From: Mytilus californianus
Taxonomy: Eukaryota
Assembly (NCBI RefSeq): GCF_021869535.1
Contig: NW_026262581.1
Location: forward strand, 35,402,001 to 35,466,000
Direction: 5' to 3'
DNA: 64,000 nt
Shown: positions 49,797 to 61,654 of the stretch, one piece after another
Layout: every line of letters begins with the position of its first letter
Numbering within the stretch: the stretch's first letter is position 1
Notes under the pieces: generated by a model
Database searches by the model: none
Seen by the model: the letters and a program-made list of their open reading frames with translations, nothing else
What the model was told of the DNA's origin: nothing
Translations under genes and position numbers: made by a program

Positions 49797-50815
49797 AAAA
49801 AGAGGGACGAAAGATACCAGAGGGACAGTCAAACTCATAGATCGAAAACAAACTGACAACGTCATGGCCAAAAATAAAAAGACAATCAGACAAATAATAG
49901 TACAGATGACACAACATAGAAAACTAAAGACTAAGCAACACGAACCCCACCAAAAACTGGGGGTGATCGCAGGTGCTCCGGAAGGGTAAGCAGATCCTGC
50001 TCCACATGTGGCACCCGTCGAGTTGCTTATGTTATTACAAATCCGGTAAATAGTCTAATTCGGTAAGTCACATTCGTGAAAAGGGAAGGGTATTGTAGTT
50101 ACGACATAAGGAACATATCCGATATCATCTGTGAAACGGTTATTCCATAACGGTCAACCAACTCGTGATGGCGTCCGTAAAAAATACGAAGGGATGACTT
50201 CAACTTCACCATTTGGAACTCTTGGTTTAATAGCTTCCTTGTGAGCAGCAATCCTCTATCAAGGAAATCATGATAGGAAACACAAGCCCGGGAATATCGT
50301 ATCAATTGGGAGATATATACTCCGTATGCAGGCGCTACTGGAATGTTGCTACATAGAAATGGAAAGTTCACAATTGGGAAGCTGAAATCATCTCTTTTGT
50401 CGTAAAGTTTTGTTTTCAACCGACCCTCATTGTCAATTTCTAGATGTAAGTCAAGATATGAGGCAGACTTAACTGTATCTGTAGTATCCTTTATCTCTAG
50501 TTCGATGGGATAGATTCGTTCAACATAGTCACCAAATTTTGTATTATTTAGTGAGAGAACATCATCTATATAGCGGAACGTAGAGTTAAAGGATATTGCT
50601 AACTTCTTATCTCTCTTCTTAAGAAGCTCCTGTATGAAGTCAGCCTCATAATAATAAAGAAACAAGTCGGCAAGAAGAGGGGCACAATTGATTCCCATTG
50701 GAATTCCGACAGTCTGTTGAAAAACACGTCCTCCAAACGTAACAAATATGTTGTCAATCAAGAAATCAAGCATCTTGATAATGTCAGTTTCAGAGAATTT
50801 TTTGTTTGAATCAGA
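49797..50815 (-). mobile_element. Penelope-like retroelement, 5'-truncated, antisense in an intron
   Basis: ORF 50099-50773 differs from the 14255 ORF at 5 of 224 residues. The full 3' UTR is present. Confidence 0.92.
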
Positions 50816-50883
50816 AGGTATGATCTAAAACACCAATGGTCGAATTGCCTACTTTTATAGAGAAGCCTTTTCAAACGAGGATT

Positions 50884-51990
50884 ATAAAAATTGAGAATGG
50901 AAATGGGGAATATGTCAAAGAGACAACAACCCGACCAAAGAGCACACAACAGCCGAAGGCCACCAATGGGTCTTCAACGCAGCGAAAAAATCCCGCACCC
51001 GGAGGTGGTCCTCAGCCGGCCCCTAAATAAAATTGTGTACCAGTTCAGTGAAAATGGACGTCACCCTAAACTCCAAAACATATAAATGAACTAGAATTTA
51101 AAAACATACAAGCTGTCAGTAACTGCGAGTACTCTCAGATCTGTACTAAGTGTCTTTTTGTTGTTTGGATGTACAAGTACCCGGCCACGTCCACTTGTAT
51201 TTGTAGTATTTGTATTTTTATCCATCTGATGAGTTAAGCCTCTTTCAACTGATTTTTATAGTTCGTTCTTATGTTGTACTGTTACACCACTGTCCCAGGT
51301 TAGGGGAGGGTTGGGATCCCGCTAACATGTTTAACCCCGCGACATTCTGTATGTATGTGCCTGTCCCAAGTCAGGAGCCTGTAATTCAGTGGTTGTCGTT
51401 TGTTTATGTGTTACATATTTGTTTTTTGTTCATTTTTTGTACATAAATTAGGCCGTTAGTTTTCTCGTTTGAATTGTTTTACATTGTCATTTCGGGGCCT
51501 TTTATAGCTGACCTCGCGGTATGGGCTTTGCTCATTGTTGAAGGCCAGTTGTGACCTATAGTTATTAATTTCTGTGTCATTTGGTCTCTTGTGGAGAGTT
51601 GTCTCATTGGCAATCATACCACATCTTCTTTTTTATAAGACTAACAAAGGCCAGCGGCTCCTGAGTTGGGACAGGTGCAAAAATGCGGCGGGGTTAAACA
51701 TGTTTTTTGAGATCTCAACCCTCCCCCTATACCTCTAGCCAATGTAGAATAAAGAAACACATAGCAATACGCACAGTAAAACTCAGTTTAAAAGAAGTCC
51801 GAGTCCGATGTCAGAATAGGTAACAAACAAAACTAAGCAGAATGACAATGATACATAAATGAACAAAGGACTACTAGCAGTTACTGACATGCCAGCTCCA
51901 GACCTCAATTAAACTGATTGAAAGATTATAACTTCGTCATATGAAAATCAAGTACAATCCCTCCCGTTAGGGGTTTAGTATCATACCATC
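50884..51990 (+). repeat. Repeat R3 with a nested R2-type insertion (51113-51636, minus strand)
   Basis: R3 catacaag|actaac is interrupted, and AAG is present on both sides (51110-51112, 51637-51639). Confidence 0.8.
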
Positions 51991-53667
51991 ATATCATATA
52001 GTTGACGATTGACTGTCATGATTTCGTAGCGGCATTTTTAAAGGAATATGTTGTGTTGAACTAAGTTGTGTTACAGTTTTACCCTGTATAACAGTCATTT
52101 CTGTTTCAAATTACTCTGAATCTTGGAGTCAACGTCACAATCGAAAATAAGTCTCCATTTTCAAGAACAGAATCCATAAAAGAAAACAACCACTGACGAG
52201 GTTGTCGACTTGCGACTGGAACATGAACATGTGGCGGGGTACATTATACATGTTAATTAGTTGTTTGTTGTTTTTTTTTGTTTTTTAGATTACAACCCTC
52301 GATCAGTTGAATAACACAAATTATATAATAGAATATATACAATAACATAAATACAGGAAAGCACATAACTCTAAACAAGAACTACAACCCCCACCCCCGG
52401 ATAAAACAGATACCACCAAAACGCTACTCCTGAATGTCCACAGTTGCTGGAAGCAAGCCCAAAGTACTTAATCTGTAGAATGAAATTCACCTACACTCTT
52501 ATATCGGTGGCTGTTCTCCAGAGTAGATTTCATACAATTAAAGTGAGTCGTAAATAGTATTATAGTACAGGAAGACAAAAGAGAGGCGAAAGATACTAAA
52601 GGGACATTCAAACTCATAAGTCGAAATAGTACAATGTCCGTAATAAATCTGCACAGAATGTCATCGAAGAAAAAAAGAAACTTTTTAGTCTTGCTTAAGG
52701 GTTTTCACCCTAAAAATATTAGATGCAATGATTTAAAAGCAACAGTAAATTATTAGGTTTATTGATATTTCTATTTAGCCAAAATAAAGAATGAAAGTAC
52801 ATGCTTAAACTTGTAAGTTTCATATATGACATTACCGAAAAAACTGGGTTGGAAATTGAATACATCTTTTCATTATACCATGCAGGTGGAATCGTACACA
52901 TACACATCTCTATATTACATGTAGAACAGTGTTCAGGCTTTGACCATTTTGTTTTATATCTATTTCCATGTTGTAATTTTGTTCAGTCATGACAATATTT
53001 GTTTATTGAAATCTGAGAAGCATGCATAACATGTGGTTTGAGTTATTACAATTCTTAATGCTTTCATTTACCATGTGTTCCTAATTATGCCTTGAATTGC
53101 GATATTATACCCACTCTGTAGGAGTAGGGTACAGGAGTGGGTGCTACATTGCATTCGCCTTATCTATCCGTCAGTTCGTCTGTTCGTCCAACAGATACTT
53201 TAGTCACACTGTTCTCAGGTACTACTGAACAGAATGATTTCACATTTGTTCAGCAGCTTGGCAGTGATAAGTTGTAACGCATGAGCACGTTTTGGATCTG
53301 TCAAAAACCTTCATTCTGTTTACCAATATGTTGAATGAACCTTAAATTTTTAATCACACTTTTCTTAGGTACAATTGAACAGAATGACTTCACATTCTGT
53401 CAGCAGCTTGCCAGTGATGAGCATGTGAGGACTTTATGAATTTGTCAGATACATTCTTCCTATTTGCCGATACTTCTGAATTGATATTTATATAAAAGGT
53501 ACAATACCAGTGACATATGAATAAAATGTTATATATTAGCGAAAAGCATTATATTGTCTTCAACAACAGCAAATACAAGTAAAATGTGCAAACTGAGATT
53601 AAAAAAGTTGAAAACAGTAAAATTAAAACACCAGAGATACATTTAAGAATAAAGACAAGTAGTTTAA

Positions 53668-53969
53668 ACCCGCTACATTTGTTTGCACCTGTCCTAAGTC
53701 AGGAACCTGATGTTCAGTGGTTGTCGTTTGTTGATGTGGTTCATAAGTGTTTCTCGTTTCTCGTTTTTTATATAGATTAGACCGTTGGTTTTTCCTGTTT
53801 GAATGGTTTTACACTAGTCATTTTTGGGGTCCTTTATAGCTTGCTGTTCGGTGTGAGCCAAGGCTCCGTGTTGAAGACCGTACTTTGACCTATAATGGTT
53901 TACTTTTACAAATTGTGACTTGGATGGAGAGTTGTCTCATTGGCATTCATACCACATCTTCTTATATCT
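53668..53969 (-). repeat. Repeat family R2 copy
   Basis: Reverse complement of 5951-6250. Confidence 0.85.
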
Positions 53970-54020
53970 AAGTACAATTAAAATATGAATATGATTAAAT
54001 AAACGTTTTTCTTTTTTTAG

Positions 54021-54203
54021 ATTATAAATCTATCGCATGGATTATTGGTGGAACAATTGGTGGAGTTGCTTTGCTTATAACAGTAGTTTCCATGGTAATA
54101 GTGATTTGCTGTCGACGACGACAGAATGCAGGGGTAGTGTACAATACACCGAATGTAGCTGGTAACACTATCTTAACACAATCCGGGTCACAACAACTGG
54201 CCG
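54021..54203 (+). CDS. Membrane protein, transmembrane exon (Y-YKSIAWIIGGTIGGVALLITVVSMVIVICCRRRQNAG...QQLA)
   Basis: ctttttttag acceptor and G|GTAAGG donor. 183 nt, phase 1-1. A hydrophobic span is followed by CC-RRR (stop-transfer, possible palmitoylation). Confidence 0.88.
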
Positions 54204-54306
54204 GTAAGGTTTTATTTTTTTTAATGTATTTATGGCTAGTTTTCTCTAAATTTGTTGCTCTCAAGAAAACAAAATTCTAAGAATGTTTAACCCTTGTGGG
54301 GTTTAG

Positions 54307-54349
<43 letters not shown>

Positions 54350-54623
54350 AAACATATTTTATTAATAATCACCTGTTACATCAACCCTAAGTTGCCCAGG
54401 GAAGCAACAATGGGGGCCCCAATTTTTACAGGATCATTTGTCAGGGAAAAAGCAAATGAGAAAACAAAACTCACATTATTAATAATTAACATCTATCTTT
54501 ATAAATATCATCTATCTTTGTACAAATAACATGTAGTATAATCTATCTATATATTTTTAATATCACACCAAATATAATCGTTTGAGTAAAGTATTCATTC
54601 TATCGGGTTTTTTTTTTTGTATA

Positions 54624-54712
54624 TGTAAGAGAATGATAATCCCTTTCTTCATGAATAAGTACGAGCGTTAGCGAGTACTTATCATGAAGTAAGGGATTAT
54701 CATTCTCTTACA
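54624..54712. repeat. 89-bp fold-back hairpin (MITE-like)
   Basis: tgtaagagaatgataatccct...agggattatcattctcttaca, with central gagcgttagcgag. Confidence 0.75.
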
Positions 54713-55860
54713 AACTGAGAATATTGTAAAGTGCTCAAGGCTCAAATGATCTATTCAAGAATTAGTTTCATTGTCAGTGCAATGTTTATAATTGATGCAT
54801 GACTTCCTTTTTCGGCATGTCATTTATGGATTAGTTTTAGTGATGTGAGGACTTTCTTATCATTTGGGAAATATTTTTAAAAAAAATGAGTTACAGATAT
54901 TAGGTGACACAACAGTAGAAAGAAAAGGTAGGAATTGTATGTTTCCTGATTGTGAGTATGAATGTAAATCATGTAATATTTCAGTGAGGAATTATCCTTT
55001 TTTTATTTACAGTTTAAATCAATTAATACATTTGAGTTACAACTAAATTTTATTCACAGCCAATAACTTGGTCCGGCTTTTTATATCAAATACTGTTTCA
55101 TTATATCAGGGAAATGTTCAAAAATAATGCCCTTAAAAGTTTTTAATATGTTCAAAATTAAATGCCTGTTTTTTTTTTTTTTATCGGAATACATGTATTG
55201 GAAATAACTATTCTCCCCAACCGCTGATCAAGTAATCAAAGTTTTGGAAAGCTAAAGATTTAGGTTATTTTTTATCTGAAAGATTTTTTTCTTTTTTTTG
55301 CATTGCTTTGGTATTGTTTAATTTTATAGTATTATTAATATTTTCATAATAAAATTCACGGTACCAATTTTACTGCACCAGTTTTTTTTTTTGTTTTTTT
55401 TTTGAGATTTTTGTTTGTTTCACAATTCAACTTTTAGTCAGTTTCAATCACTGTGTGATAAATCCTTTCAATCTGATAAATGTGCTTCGGGGCAGTTGTA
55501 ACTCATTTATAGAAACTCTTTGTTTTGAACTGTAAATAGACCCAAATAATAGGATAATCCCTTACTAAGAACATGATTTACATTCATTCTTCACCACTAA
55601 GAGGCATCCAATCCTACAATTTCATTGGTCGAGAGTACTTTGCTATATTCTAACTCTCAAAAGAGCTACCTGTATTTATTAGGCAGGTTCAATTTTATAG
55701 CACTTCACTCCGTTCATTTGTTATGTTAATTTCTATTACATTAAATTTCTGGTCGAGTGATCTTTTGCCACGTGATACTCGTTAAAAATTAACTTAAAGG
55801 AAGATTAATGTGTAGTTCTTTCATAAAAGTTGGAATTAAGATTTTGTTTCCCAAAAATGA

Positions 55861-58800
55861 TTTATTTCAAAGATATGGTAAGTAAATATTTGCTTATAAT
55901 ATGTACCTGTTGATACAACCTGTCCTTGTTACAAGTATATAATATACATAATTATACATAATTTACATACACAATAGAACATACATAGTATATAAAGGGA
56001 GTTGAGAGTAATGCATGATAATTTATTCAGTATTGAAGAGGTCATTACACTGGCCTGACCACGCAAAATTGTATATATTTATATACAAAAAGTGTCGCAC
56101 ATAGTAGAAAAGGCTTCATTGTTCGTATTTGGTTTAAGGGATTTGAACAAAAATTGCATTTCATGTTTTATCATATTGAAAATCATCCATTTACTTATCC
56201 CTTTCTTTTGATATTTTGCGATGTTTCTAGTTTTCCAAATAACCCATTTCGTGATAAGAAGCACCGTATCTAAAATTTGAGAATATGATGTATCTGCATT
56301 TATGACACCCAAAATGATACTCGTTTCCGATTGTTGTAATTTTTCGATACTCAATTTTGAACAAAATTTCCATATTTTCTCAAAAATTTCCCTCCAAACG
56401 TCTTCCACCAGTTTACAGTAAATAAAAAGATGAAACAGTGATTCTTTTTCATTACAAAAGTGACACTTTCCGTTTGACCGATTCATTTTTTGTAATTTTC
56501 TTCTGTGTAAATTATATTATGAAGTAGCTTCCATTGAAGTTGTTTAGGTTTCCTATTTGCTAAATTCTTATTCAAAGTGACCCAAATATCGCCCCATGGT
56601 AGTTCTTTCCCAAAATGTAAATTCCACTTAAACTGACTATTTGGAGTTATGTTATTCTCATAAAAGTATCTAATATCTTTAAGGCACAATTTTTTAGCAT
56701 CAACGACAACTCCATTTTTTGAAATTTGACAAGAATTTGTTATTTTCATAGGTCTATCCGAATGACTTTGCATGATGGGGTCTGTTTTTGTTAAAAGGTC
56801 AATTTGTTGAGGCGTTAACGAAGCTTTAATGCGGCTATATTGTGCTATCCAGTTCCTTTTATCTTTTAGGTTGTTAAAAATTTCAAAAGAAGTTTTAAAG
56901 GATTCATTTTTTAAGTCCCATATATCTTTTATTTTTTTTATTCCACTGGAGGCAAAATTTGCATAATATAAGGTATAAGGCCCCTTGAACTTGAATTTAC
57001 AATTGCCGAATATATTTTCTTCTAAAAGGTCCTCTTTCGTGACAAATTTTTGGGTTTTCTGTAAGTCAGTCCAGGAAATTAAAAGTTCTTTATAATATTT
57101 AGACATTTTTATTTGACTAAGACCTCTAGTGTCCGAACAAGAACATATAAAAAAGTCTGTATCATATTTTTCGTCTAGTGACGTTAACCAGTATTTACCT
57201 ATTGCATTCCATTTTTGTATTTTTGAGTTTACAATACTGTACATACTTTTAACCTGTTTTGATTTAATAAAGTCTCTTAAGTTTATCATTCCTATCCCCC
57301 CTTTTTCTTTCGGTAAACAGCACACTGTTCTTGCGATTTGGTTTGTTTCCCCGTCCCATATAAAGGACCATATGATATTATTTGTTTGTTTTTCGTATAT
57401 ATCTGGAATACCTCTCATTTCAATTTCGTATCCAATCTTAGACAATACAAAAGATTTAATAATTAAAACTTTTCCCGTAAATGTGAGATCTCTTGATTTC
57501 CAAACCTCCATACAGCTTTTTATTTTATTTATTTTTTCTAACCAAATTTGATCTAAGTCCACCCCATACCCATGTTGAACCCCTAATGCTTTCACAGGCC
57601 GCTTAGACCATTTAATTTTGTTAAATTTTTGTTTTCTATTTCGCCACTTGCCTAAATACATACCCACAGTCTTTTCCATATTCATTCTAGCCCCTGAAGC
57701 GTTTTCGTACAGTTTTAAAGTTTTAAATGTTTCTTCGATAGACTCCTCACTTTTATTAAAGAGTTGAGTATCGTCAGCAAAAATATATAGCTTTGTTTCA
57801 ATATAGTCCCCAGTTCTAGTTGGGAGTTTTATTCCTTCTATATTAGGGTTGTTTCTAATTGATGCTGCAAGTGGTTCTGCTTGCAGAATATATAATATAG
57901 GAGCAATTGAGCATCCTTGACGAATTGAACGAGTTATGCTTACAAATCTAGAAGTAAACCCATTCGTATGAATACACGTCTTAGCGTTAATGAAAAGCAT
58001 TTTTACCCAACTCCTGAATTTTTCCCCAAACCCAAATTTTAATAAACAAAAATCTATCCATTCCCACTCCGCCCTATCAAATGCTTTTTGTTGGTCCAAG
58101 AATAAGATCGCACCCTCCTCATTTTCTAATTCACAAAAATCTATTACATCTTGCAGTAATCTATTGCCTTGAAAAATGTTGCGCCCTTTGACAAACCCTT
58201 TTTGATCCAAATCTATTATTTGCGGTAGTACATTTTTTAACCTTTCCGCGAGTACTTTGGAAATAATTTTATAATCCGTGTTCAAGAGCGTTATAGGACG
58301 CCAATTTTTTATGGCTTCTCTCTCCCCAGACTTAAACATAAGCGTTATCATACCTCTGTATTGAGATTCACAGAGCAAATTGTTGTCGAAAATTTCCTTA
58401 ATAACCGCCACGAAGTCGTTGCTTATCAAATACCAATACGTTTTGTAAAAGTCATTCACAATTCCGTCTTCCCCAGGGGATTTATCAAGTTTCAAAATTT
58501 TAACGGCCTTACTTATTTCATCCAAAGTTATTTCCATTTCACACATTTTTTTACTTTCTTCACTTAGTTTATGATCTATATTCTGTAATAGATTTTCTGC
58601 AGCATCCCTATCCCACCCCTCGGACGTAAATAATTGTTTGTAGAAAGATACTTGTTCTTCTAGGATAGATTCTATATCAGCTTTATACCTTCCGTCTGAA
58701 CCTTTTATTCTAGTCCATAATTTTTCCGCGCCCCTCTTTTTTTCGAGTTTAAAGAAGTACCCTGTAGATTTGTCGCCTTTCTCGTACCAGTTAACCTTGG

Positions 58801-59333
58801 ACCTAATTCTGACTGCCTCTGCTTTTTTGGCATAATGATCTTTAATTTTTACTTTCAAATTATCTAATTCGTTTTCATCATTGATAGGATCCGTTCCTGT
58901 AATATTATCCAACCTTTTTTCCCATTCCCTTATTTGTTTTTCTGTTACGTTTAATTGCTTTGCAACTTGTATAGTAATAATTTTTATTTTTATCTTAGTA
59001 TCCTCCCACCATTCTAGATTATTTTTGAACTGATTTTTTTTTAGTTTCCAGTTTCCCAAAAGCTTTCGAACGTATTTCTAAATAAATCCGATTGGATAAC
59101 TGATGAGTTCATTTTCCACGTTCCGGGACCGCGTTCTGGTTCATTTGTTTTTAATTTCATGAACACACCGTCGTGGTCACTGAACGGAAAATAAACTATT
59201 TTTACCTGTTGTGATTTATATTGAAGCTCACTACTTATAAAGATATAATCAATTCGTGACCTTGAGTTACCCCGGCAAAAAGTATATTGTTTGTCTTTAG
59301 GGTATCGCTTTCTCCACACGTCTATGTCTAGGT
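55861..59333 (-). mobile_element. Tx1/L1-clade non-LTR retrotransposon, 5'-truncated: end of APE endonuclease, RT and C-terminal zinc knuckle
   Basis: APE motifs DVWR, SRIDY and SDHD (59041-59319). RT motifs KSPGEDG, NWRPITLLNTDYKI, DQQKAFD, QGC and FADD (56483-59059). CHFC..ESLFHLFIYC (56079-56486). Two 1-nt frameshifts. The 3' boundary is approximate (AATAAA at 55861-55866). Confidence 0.92.
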
Positions 59334-59423
59334 TAGTCTATGGAAAGGTATATACTATGAAATTTAGAGCGAGGGGCTTGCCCCGAGCTCTTAATTTCAT
59401 AGTATATACCTTTCCATAGACTA
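59334..59423. repeat. 90-bp fold-back hairpin bounded by TA, at the LINE 5' junction
   Basis: tagtctatggaaaggtatatactatgaaatt...aatttcatagtatatacctttccatagacta, with central GC hairpin ggggcttgcccc. Confidence 0.8.
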
Positions 59424-61529
59424 TCCAATTTAGCACATACTTACAACTCGAGTAATCTTTTAATTGGTCTATTGATAGTTTATTTTGGCTGACTACTTGT
59501 ATCACAGGTGTTTGTAAAACGGAGCTCATTAACGAATTTTGTAAATCTACTCACTAGTATCATTGTAAAATATGTGATTTCAAAAGGCCCTTCACTCCAG
59601 AATGAAAAGATGGTAGCTGCTGGTGTAAGTATGTATACTGATATAAAGCGGTGTTTTACTATACATGTTCTTCTTACAAGGTAAGATGACAAAATAAATT
59701 GACCAAAAGCAGGCAATAATTAAATTGCAGTGGAAGCTTTACATGTTTTGAAAACATTTTTTTAATTTCACAGTAAAACTAAAGATATAATAAATTTGAA
59801 ACATATAGATAGTTTGTCCCCAAAGATATAGTCTAGCAGATAGGCATTAAAAAGCAACTATAAATAGATCAGAGATTATAGGTTTTGTGTTTTTTTTTTA
59901 TTAGTTCAAAGTAAAAACAAAGATTTATCAGAATATGTTTATATATATAAATAATATAGGTGGCACATTATCTTCAGACATAATCACAGTTTTTCAATTC
60001 ATGACATCGTCCTGAACATGCATGAAATATTTGCCACTGGACATTAAGCAACCAATAATCAATAAATCAATCAATTCATGACGAAATAGATCACTTTCCT
60101 TAAGAAAGTTTAAAAAATTATCACCAACGTTCTTTAATTTGCCTTCACAAGGTTTCATAGTACACACTTTTCTGTGTACAAAGTAATTGCATGGATGATA
60201 CATTATCATAATTTTAAGATATCGTTGTACTCTAATCAAGGTATAAAGAACCATATGTATTACCCTTTATTTAAATGATAAAATTTGCAATTGTCAAAAA
60301 CATTTTTTAGATCCAAAGATTTTAATAGCAGGATATTTAAAAATCAATGTGAAAACTAATTACAAACTATTTAATTTAATTTGGAACACAGCATTTTATT
60401 TCAAAATAGCCAATGGCAATTTTTGTTTTAAATATCTTGATTACGATACAATGAAATCTTACCCTTGTGGTCATTCATGCGTAGTTACTTAGTACACAGG
60501 AAAAGTATGTACTATGAAAATTAGAAGGCAAATATAAGCAATTTGATTGGACGAGAAGTTGTAAGTATGTGCTAATAACTCATTATGCTCGACAAATGTT
60601 TTTAATTCAAGTGATCCTGTGTCGTCTCGAAAAGGCACCGGTTTTCGATCTCAATTTTTTATAAGAGCACAATTAAAATCTCCGAGAACGATATTTCTAT
60701 TATTGTTATCAATAAGTATATCTTTTTCAAAAAAGAATTTTCTGTCACCAGCCAAATTGGGAGCATACATATTGTAAATAAAAATCCCGTTATTACCTGG
60801 CGTTTTAACATGTACAGAAATTGTTCTACCATTACTATCACGTCCGGTTTCAGTGATTTCAAATTTAAATTTTGGGTTTAGATATTAATATATGCTAGAA
60901 AATGTCTAAATCATTCAAAACACTCACGTTTTTCTACCTCCAAGCATAGATGGCCTTCGCCAGATTTAGCCTACTTTTTAGAATTTTTATTTTCAATGCT
61001 CTTCAATTTCTTAATTGATTTGGTTTTCAAAATGTTTTGTTCGAGCGCCACTAATGAATCTCATGTTACAGTAGATAAATAGCTCGTACTAGTACTGTAT
61101 TATAAGCCTGGTACCTTTGAGGAGTCCATGAAATATAACTATTATTTCAAATCTATAAGTTGCAGTTGAAGACTATTTTGATACAACATTGCCAATTTTA
61201 GATGTTTCCGTTAAATGTTGCATTGAAGGGCATCTATAACCATTATATTAGATAAACATGATACGTTTGAAAAATAATGCATAGCTTCACTTTCAAAAGA
61301 ATTATCGTTTTAGTTTAGAATGTCCTTTTCTTCTTTTTTTTTATTATGAACATAACTTTATTTTCAAAGAATTATTGTTTTAGTTTAGAATGTCCTTATT
61401 ATCATTTTTTTTTAAATTATGAACAACTTTCTGAATATAGATCTAGTAATGCTGAACGATACTTTTTATATGTACTGTGCAATCATTAATTATTATATTT
61501 GGTTATATGAAATATATTATTTTATTCAG

Positions 61530-61654
61530 ATGGAGGATTCTCAAACCAAGGCTACTGGAACCACCAGGCACCACCGTCTTACTACCATTCAACAAATACA
61601 CCATATCCTGCAACACAGGAGACTAGCAGAGCAGGTGTACACCAAAAGCAATAA
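61530..61654 (+). CDS. Membrane protein, last exon (D-GGFSNQGYWNHQAPPSYYHSTNTPYPATQETSRAGVHQKQ*)
   Basis: ttttattcag acceptor, phase 1 matching the TM exon. Contains a PPSY motif. TAA lies within AATAAA (61650-61655); a second AATAAA is near 61679. Confidence 0.8.

Noticed and set aside
52485-52547. MKFTYTLISVAVLQSRFHTIK|gtgagt signal-like exon in the membrane-gene intron
   Set aside because: Its phase is incompatible with the neighbouring exons, inclusion after 49749 creates an immediate stop, and no partner exon was found.
57129-58567. Plus-strand ORFs over the LINE
   Set aside because: These are antisense shadows of the RT frame.
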